A stretch of 64,000 nt of DNA from contig CAVTWL010000010.1 of assembly GCA_963738375.1 (NCBI GenBank), forward strand, positions 212,921 through 276,920, given 5' to 3'. Positions within the stretch are counted from its first letter, which is position 1, and every line of letters starts with the position of its first letter. Both the position numbers and the translations under genes were made by a program. Positions 1 to 10,805 of the stretch are shown piece after piece. Below the pieces are notes generated by a model. The model was not told where the DNA came from. It saw only the letters and a list, made by a program, of their open reading frames with translations, and made no database searches. This DNA comes from Bryobacterales bacterium. GTDB taxonomy: Bacteria; Acidobacteriota; Terriglobia; Bryobacterales; Bryobacteraceae.

Positions 1-253
1 GCAAGCTAGCGCCGCTCAATAATCCAGCCATGCAAAAGACGAGTAAATTCCGCATGAGTGCGAATCTACCACAGTTCCCCAAGCCTAAGCCCCGTAACGT
101 TCACACCAGTAGAAAATATTTCCTCGCCCCGTCATCCAAAACAAAACAAACCAACTCAATCAATCCGCCCCCAACCGGCAAGTCCGTTTTCCGCCGCCCG
201 CCCTCTACCCTGAAAGCGGGGATCGCCCCCAAATCGACTAACAGGAGTTTCCA

Positions 254-841
254 ATGTTAATATCTGAGAAACAGCACCAGGCCAATAAACAAAACGCCCA
301 GAAAAGTCCGGGACCCACCAGCGAAGAAGGTAAAGAACGTTCCAGCCGCAACGCCATCACCTGGGGCCTCCGCACCCGCTTCACCATCTGCCCCGAACTC
401 GGCGAAGACCCCTTCGAATACTACTGCCTCTGGGAAGACTTCGAATCCGACTGGAGTCCCGTCGGCCGCACCGAACACTGCTACGTCGAAGCCATGGTCC
501 ACGCCCAATGGATGCTCGCCCGCCTCGCCCGCGTCGAACGCGTCGCCTTCCTCCGTCACATGAATACCGGCGAAGACCGCAACATCGATATGCTCCAACG
601 CGTCGATAAATCCAGCGCTCATCACCAGCGCACCTTCGACCGCGCCCTCGAAAGCCTGGGCAAGATCCAGGCCGAACGCCGCGCCCGTGAACGCGAATTC
701 CAATCCGAATCCGAATCCGAACAGCCCAAGCCCGTCGCGGTGGCCCCCAGTTCCACCCCCCATGTCTCGCCGCCCGCTTACGTCATGTCCCCGCAATCCG
801 AACCCGCGCCCATGACTTGCGCCCCCGCCGATACCCGCTAG
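254..841 (+). CDS. conserved hypothetical protein
   Basis: 195-aa ORF in the track. The ATG is preceded by AGGAG (acaggagtttccaATG). The N-terminal 'NAQKSPGPTSEEGKERSSRNA' segment resembles an uncharacterised family I recall from Acidobacteria/Planctomycetes (memory only). The antisense ORF 257..796 is a GC shadow. Confidence 0.5.
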   Translation: MLISEKQHQANKQNAQKSPGPTSEEGKERSSRNAITWGLRTRFTICPELGEDPFEYYCLWEDFESDWSPVGRTEHCYVEAMVHAQWMLARLARVERVAFLRHMNTGEDRNIDMLQRVDKSSAHHQRTFDRALESLGKIQAERRAREREFQSESESEQPKPVAVAPSSTPHVSPPAYVMSPQSEPAPMTCAPADTR

Positions 842-1017
842 CGTCCTGGTATTACGTTCTTTGGCAATTCAGCCCACGACCCAAGACCTAACACCCCAAC
901 TGCGTCTGTACTACCCCCAAAATCCCCAAAAAACGCCCCCAAAACTGCCCGCCCCGGTACCTGACACCTCTGTCCGGCTCTCCCCCGCTCCACCCACAGC
1001 ATGTAACCCGCATTTTA

Positions 1018-1467
1018 TCAATCGTTTGGGCTTCGTTCGAGCCGTTCCCGCGCCTCCCCGGCATACGATTCCGCCACCAGCAGCCGGTACCCGCCACCCG
1101 CCGCGCTGTCGTTCTCCACGAACGCCGGAATGGACCCCGTCTGTAGCACCGCCCGCGCCACCATCGCCTCCGCTCGCGTCGTGAAAACCGCCGCCGGCGC
1201 CAGATCCTCCTCCTCCTCCCGCTCCACTTCTTCTTCCCCCAGCGGTTCCAGCGGAATCGCCGCCGGCCTTACGAAATCCGGCGTATCCATCCGCGGCGCG
1301 TGATCCACCGCCCGCGCCACCGGCCTCGCCTGAAAACCGCGCTTCGCCAGCTCCGCGTCGTATACCGGACGCGCCACCTCGGACAGATCCTCCCTCACCA
1401 GCGAACGCAATTCCTCATCCGGCATATCGGCGTACAAGTGTCTGAAATCGTCGGCGGTAAACTTCAT
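1018..1467 (-). CDS. DUF2007-like (putative signal-transducing) small protein
   Basis: The plausible start is the internal ATG (MKFTADDF...) at 1467; the upstream part of track ORF 1018..1710 is Arg/Gly/Trp junk. The C-terminal 'AAVFTTRAEAMVARAVLQTGSIPAFVEND' matches the DUF2007 pattern. Confidence 0.55.
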   Translation of the reverse strand: MKFTADDFRHLYADMPDEELRSLVREDLSEVARPVYDAELAKRGFQARPVARAVDHAPRMDTPDFVRPAAIPLEPLGEEEVEREEEEDLAPAAVFTTRAEAMVARAVLQTGSIPAFVENDSAAGGGYRLLVAESYAGEARERLERSPND

Positions 1468-1492
1468 TCGATCCTCCGTGCAAGACCCGGTA

Positions 1493-2717
1493 TTATAGCC
1501 CCTGGCACTCCCGCAATTTCCGCGCCAAAAACCGCCGCTCCGGCTCCGAGCACCGGCACTCCAGCGCCGCCCGGAAACATGCCGCCGCTTCCGCTCCCCG
1601 CCCCAACTCCCCCAGCAGGTGTCCCCGCACCGCCAGCCGCAGATAATACCCCGCCAGCTTCGCATCGCCCTCCACCCGCTCCAGCGCCGCGAGCCCCGCC
1701 CCCGCGCCATACACCTTCGCCACCGCCACTGCCCGGTTCAACGCCACCACCGGCGATCCGTTCATCGCCAGCAGTCGATCGTACAGCTCCAGGATCGTCC
1801 GCCAGTCCCGCGAAGCCGCATCCGCCGCCCGCGCGTGCGTAGCCGCAATCGCCGCCTGCACATGATATTCGGATACCTCGTCGCCCTCGGCGGACCTTTC
1901 GAAATGGTGGAATCCCAGTGCGATCAGTCCCTCGTCCCAACGGCTGCGATCCTGGTCTTCCAGCAGGATCAAATCGCCCGACGCATCCACCCGCGCTGGC
2001 AGCCGCGCCGCCTCCAGCGCCATCAGCGCCACCAGCGCATCCGCCCGCGGCTCGCGAATCGAAGACATCGCCACCAGCCGCCCCAGCCGCAGCGCTTCCA
2101 TGCACAAATCCTGCCGGATCAGATCCTCGCCCGCATGCGCCGCGTAGCCTTCGTTGAACATGAAATAGATCGCCTCCAGCATGGAATCCAGGCGCTCCTT
2201 CAGTTCTGCTCCCCGTGGCATCTCCAGCGTCAGCCGCCCCTCCCGGATCTGCCGCTTCGCCCGCACCAGCCTCTGCGCGATGGTCGCCTCGTCCGCCAGA
2301 AACGCCCGCGCGATCTCCCGCACCCCGAACCCGCCCACCGTCTTCAAGCTCAGCGCCACCCGCGCATCCCGCGCAATCCGCGGATGGCAGCACATCGAAA
2401 TCATCCGCAGTTCATCGTCGCGCAGTTCATCGTCCAGGTAAGCGTCCTGCGGCGCTTCGCCGCCGCGCGTCAGTTCCGCGACTAGCGCCTCCGTCTTTTC
2501 CCCCAACGTCCGGCTGCGCCGCACCGCGTCGATCGCCAGGTTGTGCGCCACCCGGTAAAGCCACGCCGCCGGATTCTCCGGTGTACCCTGGTAAGGCCAT
2601 GTCTTGCAGCGCGCGGACCATGGTTTCCTGCACCGTCTCTTCCGCCAGCTCCAAATGCGCCGGGCCGAGCAGCCGCGTCAAATGCGCGACCATTCGGCCC
2701 GCTTGCTGCCGGAACAA
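1493..2717 (-). pseudogene. ECF-type RNA polymerase sigma factor with long C-terminal TPR-like extension (the type paired with YCII/DGPF proteins); one apparent frameshift
   Basis: The N-terminal region-2 fragment (ORF 2427..2717, 'FRQQAGRMVAHLTRLLGP..LAEETVQETMVRAL') continues in another frame as '..ENPAAWLYRVAHNLAIDAVRR' (ORF 1493..2551). The frame change is near 2603. Region 4 and a roughly 230-aa C-terminal domain are intact. The start codon is ambiguous (TTG 2717). Confidence 0.8.
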
Positions 2718-2749
2718 ATGTTCCAGCAGCCCTCCAGCCCCGTCTTGAG

Positions 2750-3088
2750 CTAAGTCCCCCAGACGTGCCTTACCTCGATCGTCCCGCCATGTTCCAGCGT
2801 CGGATGGTCCATCGCCAGCTTGACGGCTTCGTCGTAACTCGCCGCCTCAATCGTGTAGTACCCGCCCAGGATCTCCTTCGTCTCACTGTACGGTCCGTCG
2901 GTCGTGCGGATCTCACCCGTGGCCGACCGCATCACCTTCCCCGCGTCATCGCCCAACCGGTGCGCGTCGCGCGTGAAAGGCTTCTTGGTCCAGGCCATGT
3001 ACTTCTCCAGGGCCTTCTGCATTTCGTCCGGGCTCAACTTCTGGAATCCCGCCGGATCGTCGTAAAGCAAAAGCATGTAGTGTGGCAT
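2750..3088 (-). CDS. YCII-related (DGPF-domain) protein
   Basis: 'MPHYMLLLYDDPAGF...DGPYSETKEILGGYYTIEAASYDEAVKLA' is the classic YCII/DGPF signature. Start ATG at 3088. It lies immediately upstream of the ECF sigma gene, a known pairing. Confidence 0.85.
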   Translation of the reverse strand: MPHYMLLLYDDPAGFQKLSPDEMQKALEKYMAWTKKPFTRDAHRLGDDAGKVMRSATGEIRTTDGPYSETKEILGGYYTIEAASYDEAVKLAMDHPTLEHGGTIEVRHVWGT

Positions 3089-3099
3089 CGTCGTCTCCC

Positions 3100-3606
3100 T
3101 TATTTTACGCGCGTGTATTGCGCGGTCTCGGCCTTCTTCAATTGGCCGCCCTGGTAAAACTCCCACTGCGAGCTGAAATGCTCGTTGTCCGTCACCCGAA
3201 TCGTTGCGTTGTGCATGTGCCCGTCGCCCGGCTTCAGATTGGTGCCGTCCAAAAAGCGGAACTGTACTTCGCCCGTCGCCGGATCGAACCCCTTCGCCTC
3301 CATGCGCGGCTGGTTCCCCGCCATGCAGTAGTGCGTCAGCAGCAGCCGCTCCCCGTCCAGATAGTAAACCGTCACCATCGCGGGCATTTTATCGCTGCTT
3401 TCACGCTCCACCAGCGACGTCCCGCCCGCGATCGCTTCGTAGCTCACGTGCAGCTTCCCCATGCTGCTGTCCGCCTCCCACTCGCCTGCCAAAGTTTTCA
3501 GCCGCGCGTAAGCCTCCGCGCCCGCCGATTGCTCCGTTTTGCCCGCCGCCTGCATCCCGGCCGCTGCCAGCGCCATCACTGCCGTTCCCAGAATCAGTCG
3601 TCTCAT
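3100..3606 (-). CDS. secreted hypothetical protein
   Basis: Internal ATG at 3606 gives 'MRRLILGTAVMALAAAGMQAAG', a signal peptide. Same strand and tightly packed with the YCII and sigma genes. Confidence 0.6.
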   Translation of the reverse strand: MRRLILGTAVMALAAAGMQAAGKTEQSAGAEAYARLKTLAGEWEADSSMGKLHVSYEAIAGGTSLVERESSDKMPAMVTVYYLDGERLLLTHYCMAGNQPRMEAKGFDPATGEVQFRFLDGTNLKPGDGHMHNATIRVTDNEHFSSQWEFYQGGQLKKAETAQYTRVK

Positions 3607-3731
3607 GCTGTTTTCTCCTCTGCAACTCGTGCGTTGCATCCTGATAACGAACCATCCCCCCAAAAATCGACACCACCACCGAAAAAATCTGAGCGAATTG
3701 ACGTGAGGAAACGTCCAATCATAGATACCTC

Positions 3732-5367
3732 ATGCTTTCTCGCCTTTCCGTCCTCGGATTTCTCACTGCCGCCGCCGCGTTCGCGCAGTTAGCCTCATTC
3801 CCCAAACCATCCTATTTCCGTGAGACGTACGCTCGCCCCGTCACTCACATCGAGCTGAAGCCCCCCGCCCGCCTGGAGGAATTCGTCGTCGGCGACAAGC
3901 TCGAGCTCTCCATGCGCTCCTATCTCGAACTGGTCATGGCCAACAATACCGACATCGCCATCCAGCGCCTGACCATCGACGTCGCCCAGAACGCCATCAC
4001 CCGCGCCTTCTCCGTCTTCGACCCCTTCGCCACCGCCAGCTTCAGCTATACCCAGGAGCGCACCATCTCCGGCGATCCCTCTATCGCCGGCGCCGCCACT
4101 CTGTCCGAAACCACCGAGCCCGCCAACTTCACCTACAGCCAGACCCTCCCCACCGGGCTCCAGTATCAAGCCGGCTTCTTCGCCCAGCGATTCTTCACCA
4201 ACAGCGGCAACTATGATTACAATCCTGTGCTCAACTCCAGCCTCTCCCTCAACGTTTCCCAGCCCCTGCTTAAGAATCGCGGCGCATACATCAACCGCCT
4301 CCCCATCACCTTCGCCACCAGCCGCCTCCGCAAAGCCGGCTTCGACCTTCATACCACCCTGCTGCAACTGGTCAGCAATGCCGAAAACGCTTATTGGGAC
4401 TGTGTCCTCGCCCGCGAAAACCTGCGCGTCGCCATAAGCGCCCGCGACCTCGCCGAGCAGGCCCTCAAACGCTCCCAGCGTGAACTGGAACTCGGCGCCC
4501 TTTCCCCCCTCGATATCTTCAATCCCGAGCAGCAGTTCGCCACCTCCAAAATCGGCGTCTCGCAGGCTCAATACGCGCTCAAGCAAACCGAAGACGCCCT
4601 CCGCCGCCAGATGGGTGCGGATCTCGATCCCAAAATCCGCCTCCTGCCCATCCAACTCACCGAAACCGTCAGCCCCGAAGTCGATGCCCCGCCCATCGAC
4701 CCCGAAAAACAGGTCGTCAAAGCCCTGGCCGCCCGTCCCGACCTGAAATCCGCCATGCAGGATCTCGACATCGACGACCTCGGCATCAGCCAGTCCCGAA
4801 ACGAAATGCTTCCCGATCTGGAACTGACCGCCGGCTACACCACCCAAGGCCTCGGCGGCATCTTCTATCCCACCAGCCTCGACCCCTCCGTCACCGCCGC
4901 GCCCATACCCGGAGGCTTTGGCAATGCCTTAAGCCAGATGTTCGGCTTCGGCTACCCCATGTATTCCTTCGGCGTCACCTTGCGCCTCCCTATCAAGAAT
5001 CACCAGGCCTCGGCCGATATGGCCGACTCCCTGGTCGCCAAAAAACGCGATTCCCTCAACGTCCGCACCGTCCGCCAGCAGGTCCGCCTCGACGTGCTCA
5101 CCGCCGTCAGCCAGGTCGAATCCAGTAAGGACGCCATGAAGCTGTCGGTCGTCGCCCAGGATTATTCGCGCAAGTATATGGAGGCGGAACAGAAAAAGTA
5201 CGAACTAGGGAACAGCACCATCTTTTTCGTGCTGCAGGCGCAAGGTTCCCTGGTGTCCGCCGAATCGAGCGTGGTCCAGAACGCCGTCAGCTATCGCCGC
5301 AATTTGATGAATCTGCTGGTGCCGCACCGGCGAACTGCTGGAAGCCCGCGGCATCACTGTCCAATAA
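3732..5367 (+). pseudogene. TolC-family outer-membrane efflux protein; one frameshift near the 3' end
   Basis: Signal peptide plus two OEP repeats with TolC-like sequence throughout. Around 5318 the frame slips. The shifted frame reads '..RTGELLEARGITVQ*' and stops at 5365-5367. The rest of the 740-aa track ORF is read-through antisense to the S53 peptidase gene. Confidence 0.8.
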
Positions 5368-5368
5368 G

Positions 5369-8300
5369 CTACTCGCCCGTTCCGCTCAGCCTGGCGGTCT
5401 GGTTGAACACCACCCCGTTGCCGCTCACCGTAAGAGTGCCCGTACGCGCCCCCGTAAGTGTTGGCGCGAATGTCACCGTCACCGTGCAGCTTTGTCCCGC
5501 GCTCATCGCCGCCGTGCAATTGTTCGTCTCCGAAAATCCGTCCGACGCGCCGATCCCGTTAATCGTCAGCGACCCGTGGCCGCCGTTGCTTACCGTCAAC
5601 GTCTGCGGAGCGCTGCTCTGCCCAATTGGCGTCGCCGGAAAGCTCAACGAAGTCTTGGATAACTCGATGACCGCCTTCTCCGTCCCCGTCCCGCTCAGCG
5701 CCACGGCCTGCGGACTGCCCGTTGCGTTATCCGTAAGCGAAAGCGATGCCGAACGCGCGCCGGTGGCAGCCGGGTCGAAAACCACCGACACGCCGCACTT
5801 CGCCCCCGCCGCCAGCGACCCGCAAACGCCCTTCACCGTGAAATCGGCGGCATTGGCGCCCGTAACCGCGATCTTTGAAACCGTCACCCCGATCGCGCTG
5901 CTGTTGACGATCTGCACCGTCTTCGCCGTGCTCGCCTCTCCCACGCCTTGGTAGCTGAAGTTCAGGCTCGCCGGCGTCAGCGACAGATTCACTACGCCCA
6001 TCCCGCTCAACCCCACCGTCTGCGTGCTGCCGGTCTTGGCGTTGGCATTATCGGTGAACGTCAGCGTCGCCGCTTCCGCTCCCGCCATCGACGGATCGAA
6101 TCCCACTTGCACCGTGCAGCTCCCATTCACCGCAATCTGCGCCGGCAAACTCCCGCACGTGTTGGTCTGTTTGAAGTCGCCCGCGTTAGCCCCGCTCATG
6201 GCCACCGTCGCGATCGTCAGCGGCCCATTCCCGATGTTCGTCAGCACCACCGACTGCGTCCCGCTCGCGACACCCGCGTTCTCGTTCCCGAAATTCATGG
6301 AACTGGTCGACAGCTTCACCAGCGGCAATGACCCCGTGCCTGAGAAATTTGCCGACCGGTTCCCACTCAAGTTTTGGAAACTCTGGGTGGGGGGAGTAAA
6401 TGTATAGCCATTCGCGGCAGGCGTCACCGTATAAGTATTTTTTCCGGGAACCACGAAAGTGAATTTCCCAGCGCTATTGGTAGTCGCTTTGCCCGTCCGC
6501 CCGCCCGTCAAAGTCACCGCCGCACCCGCCAGCGCCGCTCCATTGAGGGTTACTTGACCGGAAATCACATAATCCTGCGACAAACTCCCCCACCCGGTGG
6601 CCAGGTTCGCTGCATTCACGCTGCCGATCCCGGTTGCGAAATCCCAGCCCGTCGTTGCCGTGAAAGCTGCCGCCAGTGCCGTAGCCGAAGTCGAAAGCAC
6701 CCCCTGCGCATCCCCAGCCTGCGCCGTGAAGCAATTGGGACTTCCCGTCGCGCACGGCACGGTGGTGTCGCCCTGCGTCACATCGTAGAAAACGCAGGTG
6801 CTGCTCACCTCGTTGCCTTGGCCCGCATTGCAAGCCGCCATCGCCTGCGTGTTCGGCGCGGCCGCCGTCCCGTATTCCGCGCCCGCCAGCCCATAAAGCG
6901 TATAATTCACGTTGCCCTGCGCCGATCCGGTCTGCTGCCCGATCAGCGCCATAATCCCCGCGAATGCCGGCGCGGCAAACGAAGTCCCGCCTCCGGAATT
7001 GAAGAACGTGTCGCCCGCATTCGTATAATCGCAAGCGTTGCCGCCCTGCGCCGCGTCCGACATGCAATAGATGTATGCGTGGCTCCACGCGTTGTCGCTG
7101 GCAAACAGCGCAACGTCCGGCAAATCGCGCACGCCGTCGTTCGCCAGGCCCGCCACGTTCGCCTGCCACGTAGGCTTCGTGTACAGAGTGCTAGCCCCGC
7201 CCGATCCCGCCACGATGTTCAGCACACTCAATGGGTTCGTTCCAAAGAAATAGGGCAGCACCTCGCAAACCGCCTCGCCTTCCGGAAATCCCAGAAATCC
7301 GCTCAGCACGTTGCTCGCGCAGGAATTGTTCCACGTCATTTCCGGCACATACGAAAGCGCCGATTCCAGCGTCCCGCCCGCATTGCTCGCCGCCCAATAC
7401 CCCGTCTCAGTCCCGGCAAACGTATCGCTGAAATCGGTTCCGCCGATCGCAATATCGTCCGGCGTCGAAGCGATCCCGTTCACCGACAATCCCAGCGTGG
7501 CCTGTGCGGCGCCGGGGTTCAGATCCGCATCGCACACCGCCCCGCCCGAGTCCCCCGCCGCCGCGATCACCGTTTGCCCTTGCAGCGCCGCCGTCTGCCA
7601 CAGCCCGCTCCAGAACAAATTTCCGCCCGGACCCAGATCCGCCTCGCACATGCTGAAGCTGATGCTCACCACCGGCGCAACATTGTTTTCCACGATGTAA
7701 CTCGCCGCATCCTCCAGCGTGTCCGCCGCCACATACAAAATGTTGGCCGCCGGCGCCGCCGCGCCCGACCATTCCGCGTCGATCGCGCCCTCCGTTTCAT
7801 CCGCCGTGGTGGTGCAATCGGTGCCCGTCGCGCAAACGATCTGCAATTGCCCATTCGCCAGCGCCGGCAGCCCCAATCCCAACCGGAACGCCGCCACATC
7901 GTCCGCGTTGATCAGGCTGTCTTCCACCAGCGCGATGGTCTGCCCCTGGCCCGTTGTCCCCGCATTCCACAACGGCAGCAAATTGTAAATGGTCGCGAAA
8001 TCGTAAGGCGCAACCAGGTAGAAATTCATGTTGCTGTACGACAGCGTATCGTCCGCCACCGGCTGCCACTTTCCGGACTCGCTGCTTTTCCGCATCCGGC
8101 TTCCGGTCCGGTAGGCCGCGTGCGCCTGGAAATCGTTCAGCTTCGCCACGCCCGCCACGATGCCCGTCAGCTCCGCCGGGATCCGCGCCTCCCACGCCGC
8201 CGCCCAGTGCTCCCGGCCCTTCGCTTCAAACCCGCGAATCTCCGTCTGGAAAGCCCGGCCCACCTGTGCCGCCGTCCCGGAAAACGCGACTGCCGTCCGC

Positions 8301-8602
8301 GCCGCATTCACGCCTTCCACCTGCAACCCATGCGCGCCCAGCCACATTGCCACCGTATCGACAGCCTGCTCGGTCGCCCCAAACCGCTCGCCCACTTCAC
8401 GCGGCGTCAGCCAGCGATGGAAGTCCGGCGAACCCGGTTCCTGCAACCGGTCCAGATACTCCCGCGCCGCCTGCTCCCGCTCCGGCGCGCGCCGCAATAG
8501 CAGCCGCAAATGCTTCAATTCCAAAGGTTGGGCAGCACACAACGCACAGCCAAGGCCGGCGCTGAACAACAAACGAAAAATCGGGATACGCATTGGAACC
8601 AA
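5369..8602 (-). CDS. secreted S53 (sedolisin/kumamolisin-like) peptidase with C-terminal carboxypeptidase-regulatory-like and repeated Ig-like (choice-of-anchor-D-like) domains
   Basis: Intact 1077-aa ORF. It has a signal peptide, a pro-kumamolisin-type activation domain ('FHRWLTPREVGERFG..VDTVAMWLGAHGLQV') and the catalytic Ser motif 'GGGTSFAAPAFAG'. It then has 'GQVTLNGAALAGAAVTL..TNSAGKFTF' and about 4 repeats of the 'LTF/LSF..G..S..Q.V.L.N.G...L.I' type. Confidence 0.85.
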   Translation of the reverse strand: MVPMRIPIFRLLFSAGLGCALCAAQPLELKHLRLLLRRAPEREQAAREYLDRLQEPGSPDFHRWLTPREVGERFGATEQAVDTVAMWLGAHGLQVEGVNAARTAVAFSGTAAQVGRAFQTEIRGFEAKGREHWAAAWEARIPAELTGIVAGVAKLNDFQAHAAYRTGSRMRKSSESGKWQPVADDTLSYSNMNFYLVAPYDFATIYNLLPLWNAGTTGQGQTIALVEDSLINADDVAAFRLGLGLPALANGQLQIVCATGTDCTTTADETEGAIDAEWSGAAAPAANILYVAADTLEDAASYIVENNVAPVVSISFSMCEADLGPGGNLFWSGLWQTAALQGQTVIAAAGDSGGAVCDADLNPGAAQATLGLSVNGIASTPDDIAIGGTDFSDTFAGTETGYWAASNAGGTLESALSYVPEMTWNNSCASNVLSGFLGFPEGEAVCEVLPYFFGTNPLSVLNIVAGSGGASTLYTKPTWQANVAGLANDGVRDLPDVALFASDNAWSHAYIYCMSDAAQGGNACDYTNAGDTFFNSGGGTSFAAPAFAGIMALIGQQTGSAQGNVNYTLYGLAGAEYGTAAAPNTQAMAACNAGQGNEVSSTCVFYDVTQGDTTVPCATGSPNCFTAQAGDAQGVLSTSATALAAAFTATTGWDFATGIGSVNAANLATGWGSLSQDYVISGQVTLNGAALAGAAVTLTGGRTGKATTNSAGKFTFVVPGKNTYTVTPAANGYTFTPPTQSFQNLSGNRSANFSGTGSLPLVKLSTSSMNFGNENAGVASGTQSVVLTNIGNGPLTIATVAMSGANAGDFKQTNTCGSLPAQIAVNGSCTVQVGFDPSMAGAEAATLTFTDNANAKTGSTQTVGLSGMGVVNLSLTPASLNFSYQGVGEASTAKTVQIVNSSAIGVTVSKIAVTGANAADFTVKGVCGSLAAGAKCGVSVVFDPAATGARSASLSLTDNATGSPQAVALSGTGTEKAVIELSKTSLSFPATPIGQSSAPQTLTVSNGGHGSLTINGIGASDGFSETNNCTAAMSAGQSCTVTVTFAPTLTGARTGTLTVSGNGVVFNQTARLSGTGE

Positions 8603-8608
8603 ATTATA

Positions 8609-8845
8609 ATGAGTTTCGAGCCCGAAATCCGTTTTCTATGCCCGGCGGCCGCCAACGCAGCCGCGATCGCGCCACTGCACGCTCGGCTACTTTGAACGCT
8701 CCCCAATTACCTCACGCAAGGCGAGTCGTTGAGCGACCTGGAAGAAAACCTTTGTGACTTGTACCGGGACTTGACCAACGGTGCGGTTCCCAGCATCCGC
8801 GGCATTGCCGAGCCTGCGCACCCTACGGCTGCAGCGCCATCGTAA
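8609..8845 (+). pseudogene. possible HicB-like antitoxin remnant (degenerate)
   Basis: The frame ending at TAA 8843-8845 reads 'TQGESLSDLEENLCDLYRDLTNGAVPSIRGIAE', like the C-terminal half of small HicB-family antitoxins (from memory). The N-terminal part (ATG 8609, 'MSFEPEIRF..') is in other frames with a stop. No HicA-like partner is present. Confidence 0.25.
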
Positions 8846-9494
8846 CCGTGCCCGCCGCGCCCGTATACGTCAACTCCAGCTTGTAAATGCTTTCCACCTT
8901 GCCGCGATACGGAAAGAAGATGAGCCCCGCCGCCGGCAATGCGCGATCGCCTTCCGGCAGCGCCACCTTCTGCACATGCTGGTTGATGATCCGCTGCAGC
9001 GGCAGCGGCATGTGAACCGGGGCCGGTGGATCGGAGTTCTGCCCGCCTCCCGTCTTGATCGCCGTCTTGGACGACTTATCCACCGGCTCCGGCGGCTCCC
9101 AATCCGGGTCCTTCAACGAATGAAACACCATCCCGAACGGCGCGCTGGGCGAAGGGTTCTTCTTCTCGTTGATCCGCAGCGCAAAGTCCCCAGTCGAGAT
9201 CTTCAGCCGCGCTTCCGGTGGACCGAAAAACGCCAGTTCCACCGCCACATAGTCTTCCGCGATCAACGGAGATCCCTGTGGCCGCGGAATCGAATGGCCC
9301 AGAAACTCAGCCGCCAGCGTGATGTCTCCCGCTTTCCCGTTCGCCTGGTAGTCGCCCGGCGTCGCTCGCGCCGGTACCCCGCGGATCTCGCTGGCGGCGG
9401 CAGCGTCTTTCGCCGGCGGAGCCGTCTGCCCGAAAGCCACAAGCCCCACACCGGCGGCTAAAATGGGGGTTCTGAAATAACCGAAAAGTCGCAT
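8823..9494 (-). CDS. secreted hypothetical protein
   Basis: Internal ATG at 9494 gives the signal-like 'MRLFGYFRTPILAAGVGLVAFGQ'. No recognisable domain. Confidence 0.55.
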   Translation of the reverse strand: MRLFGYFRTPILAAGVGLVAFGQTAPPAKDAAAASEIRGVPARATPGDYQANGKAGDITLAAEFLGHSIPRPQGSPLIAEDYVAVELAFFGPPEARLKISTGDFALRINEKKNPSPSAPFGMVFHSLKDPDWEPPEPVDKSSKTAIKTGGGQNSDPPAPVHMPLPLQRIINQHVQKVALPEGDRALPAAGLIFFPYRGKVESIYKLELTYTGAAGTVTMALQP

Positions 9495-9540
9495 TTCCAA
9501 CTCACAACCTAACATAATCTTAATGCGCCGTGGACCGCCC

Positions 9541-10805
9541 TTATTCGTACCGCAGCGCCTCAATCGGGTTGATCCTCGAAGCCTTCATCGCCGGATAAAT
9601 CCCGAACACCACGCCCACCGCCACCGACACACCGAACGCGATCAGCACCGAAGCCGTGGTCACAATCGTCTTCCACTCCGCCGTCCTGCGCGATCAGCCA
9701 CGCCAGAAAGAATCCGAACGCGATCCCCAGCAGCCCGCCCGCCACCGAGATCAGCACCGATTCGGTCAGGAACTGCCGCACGATGTCGTTCCGCCGCGCC
9801 CCCGTCGCCCGCCGGATGCCGATCTCGCGCGTCCGCTCCAGCACCGTCGCCAGCACGATGTTCATGATCCCGATGCCGCCCACCAGCAGCGAGATCGCCG
9901 CGATCGCCACCATCACGTACGTGAAAATCGTCTGCGTCCGCTGCTGCTGCGCCAGCAGCGCCGCCGGAATCGTCACCGTGAAATCCTCCGTGTTGTGGTG
10001 CGTCGAATTCAGAATCGCCGTCACCACCTTCGCCGCTTCCATGCTGTCGGCACCCGGCTTCAGGCGCAGGTCCACGCCGTCCAGATCGTCCTTCATGAAG
10101 TTGCTGTGAGTCGCAATAGCGGTACTGAAACGTATTGAGCGGAATGTAGACGATGTTGTTCAAATCCTGCATCTGCCCGCCGCTCGACTTGGCCAGCTCG
10201 CCACCAGTTGGTCGCCCAGCACTCCCACCACTTCCAGCCAGTATCGTTCACCTTCACGAACTTGCCCACCGCCGGCTCCATAGCCCAGCAGACTCACCTT
10301 GGCGCTCTCGCCCAGCACGCACACCGGCGCGCTGGCGGCTATCGTCCCGCTCGTCGAAGAACTTGCCCTCCGCCACTTGCAAGCTGTGGATGACCGCGTA
10401 CGATGGCCGCACGCCGTACAACTCCGGCACGCTCTGCGACGGCTTCGGCAGCACCCGCGCCGGATGCAGCGCCCGCCGCGGCGAGAGCGTCTCCAGGGCC
10501 TCGACGTTCGCGCTTCAGAATCCGCACGTCGCGATCCGTCAGTCCAGGCGAGATCGCCGCCGCTCTGCTGCAATCTCCTGTTGGCTCGCCGCGGGCCGCG
10601 AATCCACCAGCACATTGCGCACGCCCAACTGTTCGATGAACCGCAGCGATTCCTCGCGCGCCCCCGCGCCGATCGCCAGCATTCCGATCACCGAGCCCAC
10701 GCCGAACACGATGCCCAGCGCCGTCAGCAGCGTGCGCGTCTTCTGCGCGCGCAGGTTGTCGAACGCCTGCGCCGACGTCGGAAAAATAGCGCACAGCCCC
10801 TTCAT
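9541..10805 (-). pseudogene. FtsX/MacB-type ABC transporter permease (no fused ATPase); at least 5 frame changes
   Basis: N-terminus 'FDNLRAQKTRTLLTALGIVFGVGSVI' (ORF 10539..10805). C-terminal FtsX domain '..[46 protein letters not shown]' (ORF 9560..10096). The true C-terminus '[44 protein letters not shown]' is in another frame and stops at 9541. The periplasmic domain is scattered over three frames. Confidence 0.8.

Noticed and set aside
1018-1045. Fourth copy of the AAATTGGSTTCGTTC motif ('TTTGGGCTTCGTTCGA').
   Set aside because: Only about 10-11 nt are shared, and the sequence lies inside the coding 3' end of the DUF2007 gene ('..LERSPND*'). It is likely coincidence.
5368-5954. C-terminal 195 residues of the 740-aa track ORF 3732..5954.
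   Set aside because: TolC similarity ends near 5318, and the shifted frame terminates properly at 5367. The remainder is read-through antisense to the S53 peptidase gene.
6374-8500. Very long ORFs antisense to real genes (for example 6374..8500 +, 40304..42106 +, 15607..17082 -, 1464..2393 -, 3795..4847 -).
   Set aside because: Their translations are Arg/Pro/Gly/His-rich with no domain-like segments. Each lies opposite a gene with clear family motifs. These are typical stop-poor shadow frames in high-G+C DNA.
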